NCBI GenBank assembly: GCA_026390345.1
Contig: JAPLGD010000046.1
Span: forward strand, 1 to 59,003
Direction: 5' to 3'
Source of the DNA: Candidatus Bipolaricaulota bacterium
Lineage (GTDB): Bacteria; Bipolaricaulota; Bipolaricaulia; UBA7950; UBA9294
Length of the DNA: 59,003 bases
The notes below the pieces were generated by a model. It did no database searches and was not told where the DNA came from. It saw only the letters and a list, made by a program, of their open reading frames with translations. Of this stretch, positions 37,608 to 47,450 are shown one piece after another. Position numbers and translations under genes: made by a program. Each line of letters begins with the position of its first letter. Position 1 is the stretch's first letter.

Positions 37608-37985
37608 TCAGCCCTCCCTCGAGCTTCGATTGGCCGTGGGAAACCCGCTAGCGCCCACCACAGACTTCCCGGTCGCGAGACTCAGCGCCTCGCCAAGGAT
37701 TTCGATCCCCTGATCCAGTTCCGCTTCCGTGACGATCAGCAGCACCGCGATCATGTGAATGCCGGCGTGCCCTGGGAACTCCGCAAACCTGTCTGTCCAC
37801 CGCATCGATGATCGCGCGGCTGCCGGTCCCCCGAGTCCGAGCGTACACACCGAGAAGAGCAACCGAGGTACAGTCCCCTTCGTGTCTCAAGAGAACACCC
37901 CTTCGGCCCGCAACGTCCGCGAATCCATGCATGATGCTCGCGGCTATCAGGTCCCGTAGGTGTGCTCGGTGACGATCCAATGATC
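37608..37985 (-). pseudogene. Class-III (PLP) aminotransferase remnant with a large internal deletion
   Basis: Frameshifted N-terminal pieces (IVTEHTYGT*, RAEGVF..DTKG, YLG.SS, RAIIDAVDRQV) joined almost directly to the C-terminal LIVTEAELDQGIEILGEALS. Confidence 0.65.
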
Positions 37986-38511
37986 CTGACTGCCTCGGCT
38001 GCTCCTCCCATCAATCTGCTTCTTCCTGGAGACGTCACCGCTCCCGGCCTCCGTGTCTCCTCCCTCGCTTGCAGCCGTGAACTGGCCATGGGGTGAGATC
38101 CCACAGAGGTCAGATCCGTCAGCCAGAGCAGGGAACACAGAGACCAGCAGTCAGAAGCATTGATGCTCCATCTCTCGGACTCGACCGCGCTCGGCCCTCC
38201 TTCTGGTCATCGTCCTGTCCGGGCAACGTCGCCCAGCCCAGGCCTCGGAACCCCAGCGCCTCGGGGCCCACCTGCAGGGAGCATCGTCCCGACACTCAGC
38301 CGTGTGCCCCTCCGCTATACCTTCGCGACGCGGAGTAATCCGCCACAGATCCGCCTGCATTTGGCGTGACAGCGGGTCACTTCCCGCTGCCCCGCCCTGT
38401 CTCGTCGCTAGGTGCTCTACGCTCTTCCATCCGGCAAGCCGAGCGATAGCGTCATCGCATGGACTCTCTCTGCCTAGAGAACCCATAGCTGCCAGTGCCG
38501 CTTTGCGTTTC

Positions 38512-39531
38512 TCACATCAGGCGCACTTTCTGGCCGATGCCCCTCTCCTTGGCTGCAAGATACGCCTGCCACGCAGTGGCGATGTCTATCGACCCAAGCC
38601 CAATGAGACTACCGACAATGTTCTCCTTCGGGTCCACGCGCCCAGGCTGCTTCCCGGCGACAATCTCAGGCAGCTCAGCGTATAGGTTACGTCGCGTGAT
38701 CTTCCCTGTCGCAATGAGTTCCCGGAACTCCCCGCGGTGCTCGTTCTGAACCCAGTTGTCTGCTACCAGTTTGTCAGCACTCAGCACGATCTGCGGATCC
38801 AGTTCTGGGTTCGATCCCAGACTGGCGAAATACACCCCTTGTGGCTTAACCCACTCCTTCTTGACAATCGGCTTCACCGCGGTGGTTGTTGTCACTATGA
38901 CGTCACGGTCGGCGACGCTTTTCTCGATGCTTCCTGAAACTTGGATCTTTCCCTTGTAGCTTCGTTCGAGCACCTTCGCGAACTGCTCCGCTTTGCCGGT
39001 ATCGAGATCAACTAGCCCGATCTCGCTGACCTTGCGGGCTCCTTGCGCGTCCAAAGCGGCCCAGGCAAGCGCATTCCCCTGCCCCTGGTCTCCGACCCCG
39101 ATTACGCAGACCTTCAGCGCCCCGTCTTGCTTCGCAAGGAACTTGGCCGAAACAGCTGTCTCCGTTCCGGTCTTCAGGATCGTAAGGTACGTCGCACTCA
39201 TGAGTGCGTAGGGCTCGCCCGTGACCGGGTTCGCCAGGATCAGAGTCTGAACCATGTAGGGAAGTTGCCCGGTGCGCACGTTGTCGGAGAACCCACCGCC
39301 GAACTTGATGCCAAGGAGCTTCTTGTAGTGGAGATACGCAGGCATCGAGTTGCAGTAGCTCTCGAGCCCGAAGCGTTTAAGGTCGAGCGCCACCTTGGGA
39401 GGCATGTCGACTGCACCACTGCCTTGATTGGCGAGCAGTTCCTCTGCGATGCTCAGAGCTTCGGGGAATGAGACTAGACTCCGGATGTCATCCTCTGTGA
39501 GGACGATCGCCTCCACCTTCTTGAACGTCAT
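38512..39531 (-). CDS. Ornithine cyclodeaminase/mu-crystallin family protein
   Basis: MPPK, SMPAY, GIKF, LTILKTG, IGVGDQG Rossmann motif, GLGSIDIA; GGAGGG SD. Confidence 0.9.
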   Translation of the reverse strand: MTFKKVEAIVLTEDDIRSLVSFPEALSIAEELLANQGSGAVDMPPKVALDLKRFGLESYCNSMPAYLHYKKLLGIKFGGGFSDNVRTGQLPYMVQTLILANPVTGEPYALMSATYLTILKTGTETAVSAKFLAKQDGALKVCVIGVGDQGQGNALAWAALDAQGARKVSEIGLVDLDTGKAEQFAKVLERSYKGKIQVSGSIEKSVADRDVIVTTTTAVKPIVKKEWVKPQGVYFASLGSNPELDPQIVLSADKLVADNWVQNEHRGEFRELIATGKITRRNLYAELPEIVAGKQPGRVDPKENIVGSLIGLGSIDIATAWQAYLAAKERGIGQKVRLM

Positions 39532-39885
39532 GTTGTACCCTCCAGTGTTGCGCATTCGCGCATCCGTAGTAGAAGAACTTGCCTAGCTCCCGCGCGATTC
39601 AGCACCTACTCTCTCTCTTTCTGAACGCCCTTGGCCGACAGGGATCTCTCCCCCTCCTTTCGCTCAGCGCCCCCGGGTGTCCGAGAAGACCGAGGCAATC
39701 AGGAAGTTCGCTTTCAGTTGAACCTTTGGCTTGTTCCAGCAAGCATGCAACCAACGCGCTGCTTGGCCGTGCGCCGAACCGCTCCATCTGCCTCGGGGGC
39801 ACAGGCCGGCTGCTATGGCTGAAACCCATCGCAACCTGGCAGCGCGGGTCATGCCACGCACCTGCTGCGATTCGAGCGGTTCAGC

Positions 39886-40638
39886 TCAGACGCGCTGCTC
39901 TTCCTGAAGGACATACTGCAAGTACCTGTTTACCTCGTTGAAGTGGTTCTTCATGACCTCCGGAGCATCCGCCACCTTGTGCTCACGTAGCACTCTGAGT
40001 ATCTCACTGTGCGTCAGATAGGACTTGTATAGGTGGTCCTGCAGGAAGTCGGAGACGGCGATGTCTCCAGGCTTGTATATCCGCTGCGTAATGCGAAGCA
40101 GGAAGTTCTCGGCCCGCTTCAACGCGGGCTGGTCTGCGATGTCTGCTATGCGCATATGGAAGGAAATGTTGCTCAGCGAGTAGCCCTGGTAAGCACCGAG
40201 AGGGATTGCCTCAGCCATGTTCTCTATGATGCTCTCCAGCGCCTGGACATCGTCATCGGTGACCCGCTCGATGGCCTCTGTGAGGAGCAGGGTCTCTATT
40301 TCCTGCTTCGCACTCCAAATGTCCAGTACATCAATGCCGAGAGCTCTCAGCGATGCGATCGCTGCAAAGGGTACTTGTTTCGTGGGAGACGCTACGTAGG
40401 TTCCATCGCCAACTCGCGTCCGCACAATCCCAGCAACACAGAGTGCGCTGATCGCCTCTCTGATCGAGTTTCGGCTAACCCCCATAAGTTCGGATAGCTC
40501 TCGCTCTGACGGCAACCTGTCCCCCGCACAAAGTGCCCCCGCTTTGACGGCGGCCAGAATCTGCTCAGCAGCAAGTGTGCTCTTGCGCTCGGGCCCTGCC
40601 AGTCGCTCAAACGCTAGTTGCCGTATCGACATAGCCAT
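39886..40638 (-). CDS. GntR/FadR-family transcriptional regulator
   Basis: GDRLPSERELSELMGVSRNSIREA wHTH and FCD domain (NISFH, H.EI, MKNH); start approximate. Confidence 0.92.
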   Translation of the reverse strand: MAMSIRQLAFERLAGPERKSTLAAEQILAAVKAGALCAGDRLPSERELSELMGVSRNSIREAISALCVAGIVRTRVGDGTYVASPTKQVPFAAIASLRALGIDVLDIWSAKQEIETLLLTEAIERVTDDDVQALESIIENMAEAIPLGAYQGYSLSNISFHMRIADIADQPALKRAENFLLRITQRIYKPGDIAVSDFLQDHLYKSYLTHSEILRVLREHKVADAPEVMKNHFNEVNRYLQYVLQEEQRV

Positions 40639-40939
40639 CACCTGTCCTACCGGTATCCTCTTTGTACAGCGCGGTTTCTCTGAAGTCAAGCCAACCCAAG
40701 TCTACAGGGAAAGCATACCTCGGCAACGACGGCCGGTGCCCAAGGGCCACTCTGCCTCCGAACTGAGGTCTGTCTTGTCATCCTGGATCCACAGAGGACT
40801 GCAACCAAGACTATGACCTTCTATGCGCTTGCGGTCATCCTACTTCTCTACCCCTCTGCGCTTTGCGCATCCTCTGCGGAGGTGCTACCGCGGATTGTCG
40901 CATCCTGTTCTGCGAAAGGAACGTCATGCGGGCGGCCTC

Positions 40940-40985
40940 TTGACCGAAGCCCGCAATGCAGGTTACATTGGACCGGTCGGACCGG
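40940..40985 (+). promoter_or_regulatory. Promoter with a FadR-type operator at the predicted start site
   Basis: TTGACC-18 nt-TACATT, then the perfect palindrome CCGGTC-G-GACCGG (40973-40985) resembling the GGTCnGACC FadR-subfamily consensus. Confidence 0.65.
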
Positions 40986-41025
40986 CTGATAGCCAAGCAT
41001 TGCCACTCTCCGTCCGGGGTGAAAG

Positions 41026-42120
41026 ATGGACTATCTAGGAAGGATCAACCGTCTGCGGATGAAGATGGAGCAGGCGAGCTGTGATTTGTGCGTGCTTGCA
41101 CCTGGGTCAATGCTCAAGTACTTCACAGGGTTCACAGAAGACCTGCTCGAACGCCTCCTTCTGTGCTTGGTCACGCCGGACCGCGATCCAGTGTTTGTTG
41201 CGCCCAAGCTGTTTGTGTCACAGATTAGGTCAGAGTCGCCGTTTGACGATGTCAAACCGTGGATCGACACGGATGGGCCGCTGGCGACACTCACTGCAGC
41301 CGCTAAAGCTTCCGGAGTGAGAACAGGCAGGGTCCTCGTCGATGAAGGGATGCCGCTTTCCGCTTTCTTCGTCCTTCAGGCAGCTCTTCCTGGCTCCGAG
41401 ATGATACGCGGTGGGGAGCTGATGGCCGAGCTCAGGATGCGCAAGAACGACGAAGAGGTGGTTGCGATGAAGCGCGCTGCAAGAATTGCGGATGCGGCGC
41501 TCGCCACCGTCCTAAACAGGGGAATTGCAGGACGTAGTGAGCTGGAGGTCGCCCTAGCGCTCAAGTCAGAGATGGTGATTCACGGAGCTGATGCGAGCAG
41601 CTTTGAACCCATTATTGGGTCAGGACCCAATGGAGCAGTTGGACACCATCGCCCAGGAACGCGGCGGATTGGCCAGGGTGACGCAGTCATCATGGATTTC
41701 GGATGCCGAGTGGACGGCTACTGCTCTGACGTCACACGCACTGTGTTTTGTTCCTCGCCCTCCAAGGAGATGGAACGCGTGTATGAGGTGGTTCGGAATG
41801 CTCAGGAAGCCGCTGTGAAGGCGGTCCAGACGGGAGTCGAGGCACAGAGTATTGATAGGATAGCAAATGAATCCGTGCTGGCCTCGGGAATGGGTGACTG
41901 GCACAGAACCGGTCACGGGATCGGCCTTGACGTCCATGAGCCACCGTACATCGTCAAGGGCAACCACCAACTACTCGATGACGGGATGACGTTCTCAGTA
42001 GAACCAGGCATCTATCTGTCGGGGCGCTTCGGAGTCCGTGTTGAGGACGTAGTAGTCGTCACTGCGACGGGGCAAGAGGCGATGAGCGAGTTCCCACGTT
42101 CCCTCTTGGTTGTGCCGTAG
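41026..42120 (+). CDS. Xaa-Pro peptidase family protein (M24B)
   Basis: DFG...GYCSDVTRT, HRTGHGIGLDVHE, SVEPG, RVED. Confidence 0.93.
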   Translation: MDYLGRINRLRMKMEQASCDLCVLAPGSMLKYFTGFTEDLLERLLLCLVTPDRDPVFVAPKLFVSQIRSESPFDDVKPWIDTDGPLATLTAAAKASGVRTGRVLVDEGMPLSAFFVLQAALPGSEMIRGGELMAELRMRKNDEEVVAMKRAARIADAALATVLNRGIAGRSELEVALALKSEMVIHGADASSFEPIIGSGPNGAVGHHRPGTRRIGQGDAVIMDFGCRVDGYCSDVTRTVFCSSPSKEMERVYEVVRNAQEAAVKAVQTGVEAQSIDRIANESVLASGMGDWHRTGHGIGLDVHEPPYIVKGNHQLLDDGMTFSVEPGIYLSGRFGVRVEDVVVVTATGQEAMSEFPRSLLVVP

Positions 42121-42190
42121 CGGGCACCTCGTACGCTTGCTCGGAGACGTCCGGTCCTGCACTGAAGCAGCGGTGACATCGGGAGGTGAG

Positions 42191-42216
42191 ATGGCAGTAG
42201 GCTATGGCAGTAGGCT
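42191..42216 (+). repeat. 13-bp tandem duplication ATGGCAGTAGGCT x2
   Basis: Exact tandem copy directly after GGGAGGTGAG. Confidence 0.9.
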
Positions 42217-42266
42217 GTGGAGCTAAGGATGTTGGTCCGTGGCGTTCTCAGAAGGAGGTCGTGGCA

Positions 42267-43841
42267 ATGAAGCGGTTGATCGTCTTATTGCTTGTTTGTG
42301 TCCTCGGAGCTGCTCTGTGCGGCGTGGCCAAGACCCCTGCCGATACCTTGATCGTGGGACTAAATCACTCATCCCTGACTGATCTTGAGCCGGCAGCGGT
42401 GTACAACTTCGAGGCGGGGCTCATCGCCGAGCAAGTATACGAAACTCTGATCAGGTACCGTGGTGGGTCAGAGGTCTTCACCCCCGGACTGGCGACATCC
42501 TGGGAGCATTCATCCGACGGTCTCACGTGGACATTCAAGATCCGGGAAGGGGCCCTGTTCCACAGCGGCAATCCCGTGACGGCAGATGCTGTTGTATACT
42601 CGTTCGAGCGCACGATTGCGCATGACAAGGCTCCGGGCGTATGGATCATCACGCAGTTCATCCCGTCGGTCGACAATGTTCGCAAGATCGACGACATGAC
42701 GGTGGCGATCACAACGAACCAACCGATTGGCGCGAGCCTCCTAGCCACCGTCCTATCGGTCCATGGTCCGGCATCCATAGTTGATCCGGCCGTTGTGCGC
42801 GCGCATGCCACCGCAGATGATCCATGGGCGGACAAGTGGCTCGCGACCAACGATGCTGGTTCAGGGCCCTATATCCTGCGGGAGTGGAACGTCAAACAGA
42901 GGATCTTGCTCGAGGCGTTCCCGCAGCACTGGAATGGCAATCCTGCGATGAAGTACGTGATCATCCAGGACTTGCCCGAACCCACTACGCAGAAACTGTC
43001 TCTCGAAGCAGGGGACATCGACGTCGCCATGGGACTTCTCCCCGAGATGGTCAACGAATTCAGATCCAACAAGGGAATTCGGATTCTTGAGACGCCTGCA
43101 TTTGAGTTCTCCTACGTCGCGATGAACCTTCGGTTCGAACCCTTCAAGAACGTCAAGGTTCGCCAGGCCGTCCGCTATGCCATCGACTACCAGGCGATTG
43201 TCCAAGGCGTTCTTGGCGGCGCAGCAGTGGAGAACCAGGTCATCGTGCCTTGGGGAATGCCTGAGCGTCTTGATCTGGGATACCCGCACGATCCCGAGAT
43301 GGCGCGCCGCCTCCTGACGGAAGCCGGGTACCCGAATGGGTTCAAGGTACAGCTTCTCGTAAGGACGAACCCACCGTTCCCTGATATTGCAGTTCAGGTG
43401 CAAGAGGACCTCCGCCAAGTCGGGATCGACTGCGAGGTTGTGACCATGCAGAACTCCGTCCTGCTCGGCCTCTTCCGCGTACAGAACTACGACCTAACCA
43501 TCATGCGATGGGGCCTGGATTACGCTGCTGCGCAGTGCCAGGCCCAGGCGTTCGCGAACTGCGTAACCTCGGGACCAGAGTCAACGATCAAGTCCATAAC
43601 GTGGCGGACCATGTGGTGCCCGAGCGGCGTCTCTGACTGGTGCGCCGAAGCGACGGCCGAGCTTGATGAACACAAGAGCGTGATCCTCTACAAGGCAATC
43701 CAGGCTATCACGCTAGAAGAGGGTCCCTATGCGATGCTCTACAACCCACTGACGCAAATTGCGATTCAGGCTGGTGTTCAGGGACTTGTCGTTCCCCCGA
43801 TGTGGCCTTACATGGACTTCTCCCTTGTAAGCAAGGGCTAG
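42267..43841 (+). CDS. ABC transporter substrate-binding protein, family 5 (Dpp/Opp-like)
   Basis: Signal peptide; VYETL, PGLATSW, FHSGNPVTADAV, GSGPY, VRQAVRYAID; AAGGAGG SD. Confidence 0.93.
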   Translation: MKRLIVLLLVCVLGAALCGVAKTPADTLIVGLNHSSLTDLEPAAVYNFEAGLIAEQVYETLIRYRGGSEVFTPGLATSWEHSSDGLTWTFKIREGALFHSGNPVTADAVVYSFERTIAHDKAPGVWIITQFIPSVDNVRKIDDMTVAITTNQPIGASLLATVLSVHGPASIVDPAVVRAHATADDPWADKWLATNDAGSGPYILREWNVKQRILLEAFPQHWNGNPAMKYVIIQDLPEPTTQKLSLEAGDIDVAMGLLPEMVNEFRSNKGIRILETPAFEFSYVAMNLRFEPFKNVKVRQAVRYAIDYQAIVQGVLGGAAVENQVIVPWGMPERLDLGYPHDPEMARRLLTEAGYPNGFKVQLLVRTNPPFPDIAVQVQEDLRQVGIDCEVVTMQNSVLLGLFRVQNYDLTIMRWGLDYAAAQCQAQAFANCVTSGPESTIKSITWRTMWCPSGVSDWCAEATAELDEHKSVILYKAIQAITLEEGPYAMLYNPLTQIAIQAGVQGLVVPPMWPYMDFSLVSKG

Positions 43842-43891
43842 AAGCCAGAAGGCGCTGCGTGTGGAATCGGCAGCTCATCTGGAACGCTGTT

Positions 43892-43929
43892 GCTGGTTCC
43901 CGAGCGGAATCGCCCGCTCGGGAACCAGC
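43892..43929 (+). other. Perfect 16-bp intercistronic hairpin after the binding-protein gene
   Basis: GCTGGTTCCCGAGCGG-AATCGC-CCGCTCGGGAACCAGC with no U-tract; typical of mRNA-stabilising stems after SBP genes. Confidence 0.75.
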
Positions 43930-43986
43930 CTCTGTTCGCACTGTGACCAGTAGCGCGGCCTGGGTGGCCGGTGCCGAGAGCAGAAC

Positions 43987-44994
43987 ATGATCCAGTATGC
44001 CATTCGACGCCTTCTATGGATGGTCGCCGTCCTTTTCGGGGTCATGACCATCATCTTCTTCATTTCCCGCGTGATCCCGGCGGACCCAGTAGCAGCTTTG
44101 CTTGGGCCACAAGCTCCTCCCGAGGTAATCGAACGGCTGAAGGCCAAGTGGGATCTAGACAAGCCTTTGTGGAACCAGTACGGCATCTTCCTGTGGAGGG
44201 CCGTGCAGGGTGATCTCGGAGTGGCCATCAGCACGAACAGGCCTGTGACGTCCGACCTGGCGCAGTTCTTTCCACCGACTTTCGAGCTTGCCACTTCCGC
44301 GTTTCTGGTGAGCTTACTCGTGGGAATCCTCCTCGGTGTGATCTCCGCGACGCGAAGAGGGAAGCTCGCAGACCATGTCTCCCGAGTTGTGGCTCTTGTC
44401 GGGATCTCGATGCCTGTGTTCTGGGTTGGCCTGTTGCTGCTGCTGCTCTTCTACTACGTGCTGCATTGGCTGCCCGGCGGCGGCCAACTGCCCTTTTACA
44501 TGGCTGCCCCTACCCGCGTTACCGGACTCATGACTGTGGACAGCTTGCTCGCAGGGCAACCCGACATCTTCGTTGAGGCCGTGCGGCACCTCGTGTTGCC
44601 GACAGTCGTGGTCTCCTTCTACGGCATCGCGGTGATATCCAGGATTACCCGTTCCAGCATGCTAGATGCGTTGGGTGAGGACTACGTCAGAACGGCCAGG
44701 GGCAAGGGACTCAGAGAGAACAGAGTGGTGCTGAGGCATGCGCTACGAAACGCGTTGCTGCCAGTGATCACGACCTGCGGAATCGTCTACGCTCGGACTC
44801 TTGAGGGCGCAGTGATCGCGGAGACGATATTCTCGTGGCCAGGTCTGGGAAGATACGCTACCAATGCCTTTCTCGCAGTGGACTTCCCCGCCGTTGTCGG
44901 CGCCACAGGTTTCATTGCACTGATGTTTGCGGGCACGAACCTGGTTGTCGATCTATCGTACGCTCTTGTGAACCCAAGAATAAGGTACACGTGA
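43987..44994 (+). CDS. Dpp/Opp ABC permease (DppB-like)
   Basis: PADP, GDLG, PTFEL, DYVRTARGKGL, HALRNALLP, ETIFSWPGLG. Confidence 0.95.
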   Translation: MIQYAIRRLLWMVAVLFGVMTIIFFISRVIPADPVAALLGPQAPPEVIERLKAKWDLDKPLWNQYGIFLWRAVQGDLGVAISTNRPVTSDLAQFFPPTFELATSAFLVSLLVGILLGVISATRRGKLADHVSRVVALVGISMPVFWVGLLLLLLFYYVLHWLPGGGQLPFYMAAPTRVTGLMTVDSLLAGQPDIFVEAVRHLVLPTVVVSFYGIAVISRITRSSMLDALGEDYVRTARGKGLRENRVVLRHALRNALLPVITTCGIVYARTLEGAVIAETIFSWPGLGRYATNAFLAVDFPAVVGATGFIALMFAGTNLVVDLSYALVNPRIRYT

Positions 44995-45001
44995 CCCTGT
45001 C

Positions 45002-45850
45002 ATGAACAAGTCCTCCTACGTGCTTGACGCATGGCGGCATATGAGGCGGAACCCGACCACAGTGGTCGGCCTTGTGATTATCGCCTGCTTCGTTGTTATG
45101 GCCGCACTTGGCCCGAGCGTGAGCCCACATGACCCTCTCCGTACAAACGCGATCGGGAAGCTACAAGCGCCTTCGTCTCTGCACCCGTTCGGTACGGATC
45201 AGCTGGGGCGGGACATTCTGAGTCGCGTGCTATACGGCGCCAGGATATCGCTCTGGGTTGCCCTACTCGCACCCACAGTGGCTGGGCTTATCGGTATCAC
45301 GCTTGGCCTAACAGCTGGATATCTGGGAGGCAAGGTGGACAACGTCATCATGCGCATCACGGACATGTTCATGGCGTTCCCGCAGCTGATACTGGCGATG
45401 GCCATCTCGGCTGCGCTGGGTCCGAACCTGCAGAACGCGATAGTCGCAGTAGCTCTCACTGAATGGACGTTCTTCGCCCGACTGAGTCGGAGCCGGGCAA
45501 TCGAGGTTCGAGAGGAGGAGTTCATAGAAGCAGCCCGCGCCATGGGGGCTGGTAGGCTTCGCATCTTGTTCTGTCACGTTCTGCCTGTGAGCGTTTCCGT
45601 GCTCATCGTCCAGCTCACCCTTGCCATGGGAACGAGCATCAGAACTGCTGCGAGCTTGGGTTTCCTCGGACTCGGAGCGCAGCCGCCCTCCCCCGAGTGG
45701 GGAGTGATGATCACCGCCGGACGAAACTACCTGCCTGGGCAGTGGTGGGTCTCAACGTTCCCGGGCATTGCGATCTTCTTCGTCATCCTAGGGTTCAATC
45801 TTCTTGGGGATGGCATACGAGACGTTCTTGATCCCCGCCTGCGCAAGTGA
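45002..45850 (+). CDS. Dpp/Opp ABC permease (DppC-like)
   Basis: HPFGTDQLGRDILSR, EFIEAARAMGA, LGFLGLG.QPP.PEWG, GDGIRDVLDPR. Confidence 0.95.
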   Translation: MNKSSYVLDAWRHMRRNPTTVVGLVIIACFVVMAALGPSVSPHDPLRTNAIGKLQAPSSLHPFGTDQLGRDILSRVLYGARISLWVALLAPTVAGLIGITLGLTAGYLGGKVDNVIMRITDMFMAFPQLILAMAISAALGPNLQNAIVAVALTEWTFFARLSRSRAIEVREEEFIEAARAMGAGRLRILFCHVLPVSVSVLIVQLTLAMGTSIRTAASLGFLGLGAQPPSPEWGVMITAGRNYLPGQWWVSTFPGIAIFFVILGFNLLGDGIRDVLDPRLRK

Positions 45851-45900
45851 GGATGTGTGAATCGCCGAGGCGGAACGGAGCTGAGGAGACCGACTGAGAT

Positions 45901-46026
45901 ATGACACGACGGGTGGTGTCTGGTGCAGAGCGCGGCATCTCGCGGTTTTGGAGCGGGTTCGGTCAGGAGGTTGACCCGGTGAATCCGAAGCACCTATTTT
46001 ACCAGCTGCTGATGGAGAACGAGTGA
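45901..46026 (+). pseudogene. Possible remnant of a DppD/DppF ATPase gene (41-aa ORF)
   Basis: MTRRVVSGAERGISRFWSGFGQEVDPVNPKHLFYQLLMENE; NPKHLFYQLL resembles the NPxHPYTxxLL motif; sits where dppD/F would be expected. Confidence 0.4.
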
Positions 46027-47414
46027 CGATCAGGAATATCGAGCAGCTTCGTGGGCACGGCGATAAGGCATCTCGCGCGCTTGCTCTGGACATAGTTCAG
46101 CATACACTATCACACCTTAGCATCGAGACCACAATTATGAATCTCGTTAGGTGCGACGGCGCAGCCGTGCAGATCGGAGAGCTGCGATGGGAGATGGGCC
46201 CTGGAAGACGTCTCTTTGTGGTCGGGGCAGGCAAGGCTGCCAATGCGATGGCGCGGGCTGTTGAGCGGCAGCTCGGGGATCGCATCACCAAGGGTCTCGT
46301 GATTGTGAAGCAGCTTGAGGCCGATGACATGGCGCTCAAGCACATTGAACTTCTCGTGGGGGGGCACCCCATCCCCAATGAGGCGGGCCTACGTGGCACT
46401 GCGAGGATACTGGAGCTCGTTGAGGAGGCGAAGCCGGGCGACCTATTCATCGGCCTGATCTCGGGGGGCAGCTCCGCACTAATGCCGTGCCCTGTTCGCG
46501 GGATCACCCTCGAAGACGAAGCTGCCGTCACCCGGCTGTTGCTCCATAGCGGAGCGCGCATTGTGGAGATCAACGCGGTACGAAGACACATCTCCGGAAC
46601 GAATGGCGGTCGCCTCGCCCAAGCCATCTCTGCGAGGGGTGCCCAGATGGCCAATCTGATTATTCATGACGTTGTAGGGGATGACGTGGAGCCTGATCCG
46701 ATTCACCCGAGCCAATACTTCGGGACGCCCGTCGGCGCTGATCCAACGACCATTCGTGATGCATGCGAGGTTCTTGATGCGTACTCTCTGCGGGACGCCG
46801 CACCACGGTCTGTTGTGGCTCACCTGACTCACCCAGCGCTTGAGAGGGAGACGCCGAAGAGCCTAGACTCGCGCCATGGCATCAATAATTTCGTGTTGCA
46901 GACACCGGAGTCAGCCGTCATGCTTGCACAGGCTGCCGCAGGAAGCATTGGCGTCAACTGCCTCGTTCTGACCTCGGTTCTCCAGGGAGAAAGCCGCGAA
47001 GCCGGGTGTTTTCTGGGTTGTGTCGCGGCGGAGATCCAGACCAAACATCGCCCTATTGCTCCGCCCTGTGTTCTTGTTGCAGGAGGCGAGACCACAACCA
47101 GGATTGAGAGAGGAACAACGGGGCTAGGGGGGCCATCGCAAGAGTTGTCGCTTGGGTTCGCACTAGAGATCGCTGGGCGACGCTCATGCTGTGTGGTGGC
47201 AATCGACACCGACGGGACAGACGGGCCGACGGAGTTCGCTGGAGGAGTGGCCGACTCAGCCACCATCGCTCGGGCAGCGGCGCTCAATATCGATGTCAGG
47301 GCCTGTCTGCGGAGACATGGGAGTAGCGGCGTTCTCCGGGCTCTGGGCGATGCCGTAATCACGGGGAACACGGGCAGCAACCTGTGCGACCTAAACGTTG
47401 TCTCTGTGGTGTGA
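46023..47414 (+). CDS. Class-II glycerate kinase family protein (DUF4147 + MOFRL)
   Basis: VGAGKAA, GGHPIP, LISGGSSAL, INAVRRHIS, AGGETT, DTDGTDG, TGNTGSNLCD. Confidence 0.92.
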   Translation: MTIRNIEQLRGHGDKASRALALDIVQHTLSHLSIETTIMNLVRCDGAAVQIGELRWEMGPGRRLFVVGAGKAANAMARAVERQLGDRITKGLVIVKQLEADDMALKHIELLVGGHPIPNEAGLRGTARILELVEEAKPGDLFIGLISGGSSALMPCPVRGITLEDEAAVTRLLLHSGARIVEINAVRRHISGTNGGRLAQAISARGAQMANLIIHDVVGDDVEPDPIHPSQYFGTPVGADPTTIRDACEVLDAYSLRDAAPRSVVAHLTHPALERETPKSLDSRHGINNFVLQTPESAVMLAQAAAGSIGVNCLVLTSVLQGESREAGCFLGCVAAEIQTKHRPIAPPCVLVAGGETTTRIERGTTGLGGPSQELSLGFALEIAGRRSCCVVAIDTDGTDGPTEFAGGVADSATIARAAALNIDVRACLRRHGSSGVLRALGDAVITGNTGSNLCDLNVVSVV

Positions 47415-47450
47415 CGGAGCAAGGCGCAGGCAGACGTCGGAGGGAGGACA

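Noticed and set aside
37947-37960. In-frame TGA after EHTYGT as selenocysteine or recoding
   Set aside because: The position is probably a mutated Trp codon, within a fragment that has other stops and frameshifts; intact genes in this window use TGA as stop.
39560-39885. Short ORFs and an orphan SD (AAAGGAGGGGG, minus strand) between the OCD-family gene and the regulator
   Set aside because: No identifiable product; possibly deletion debris, but not supportable.
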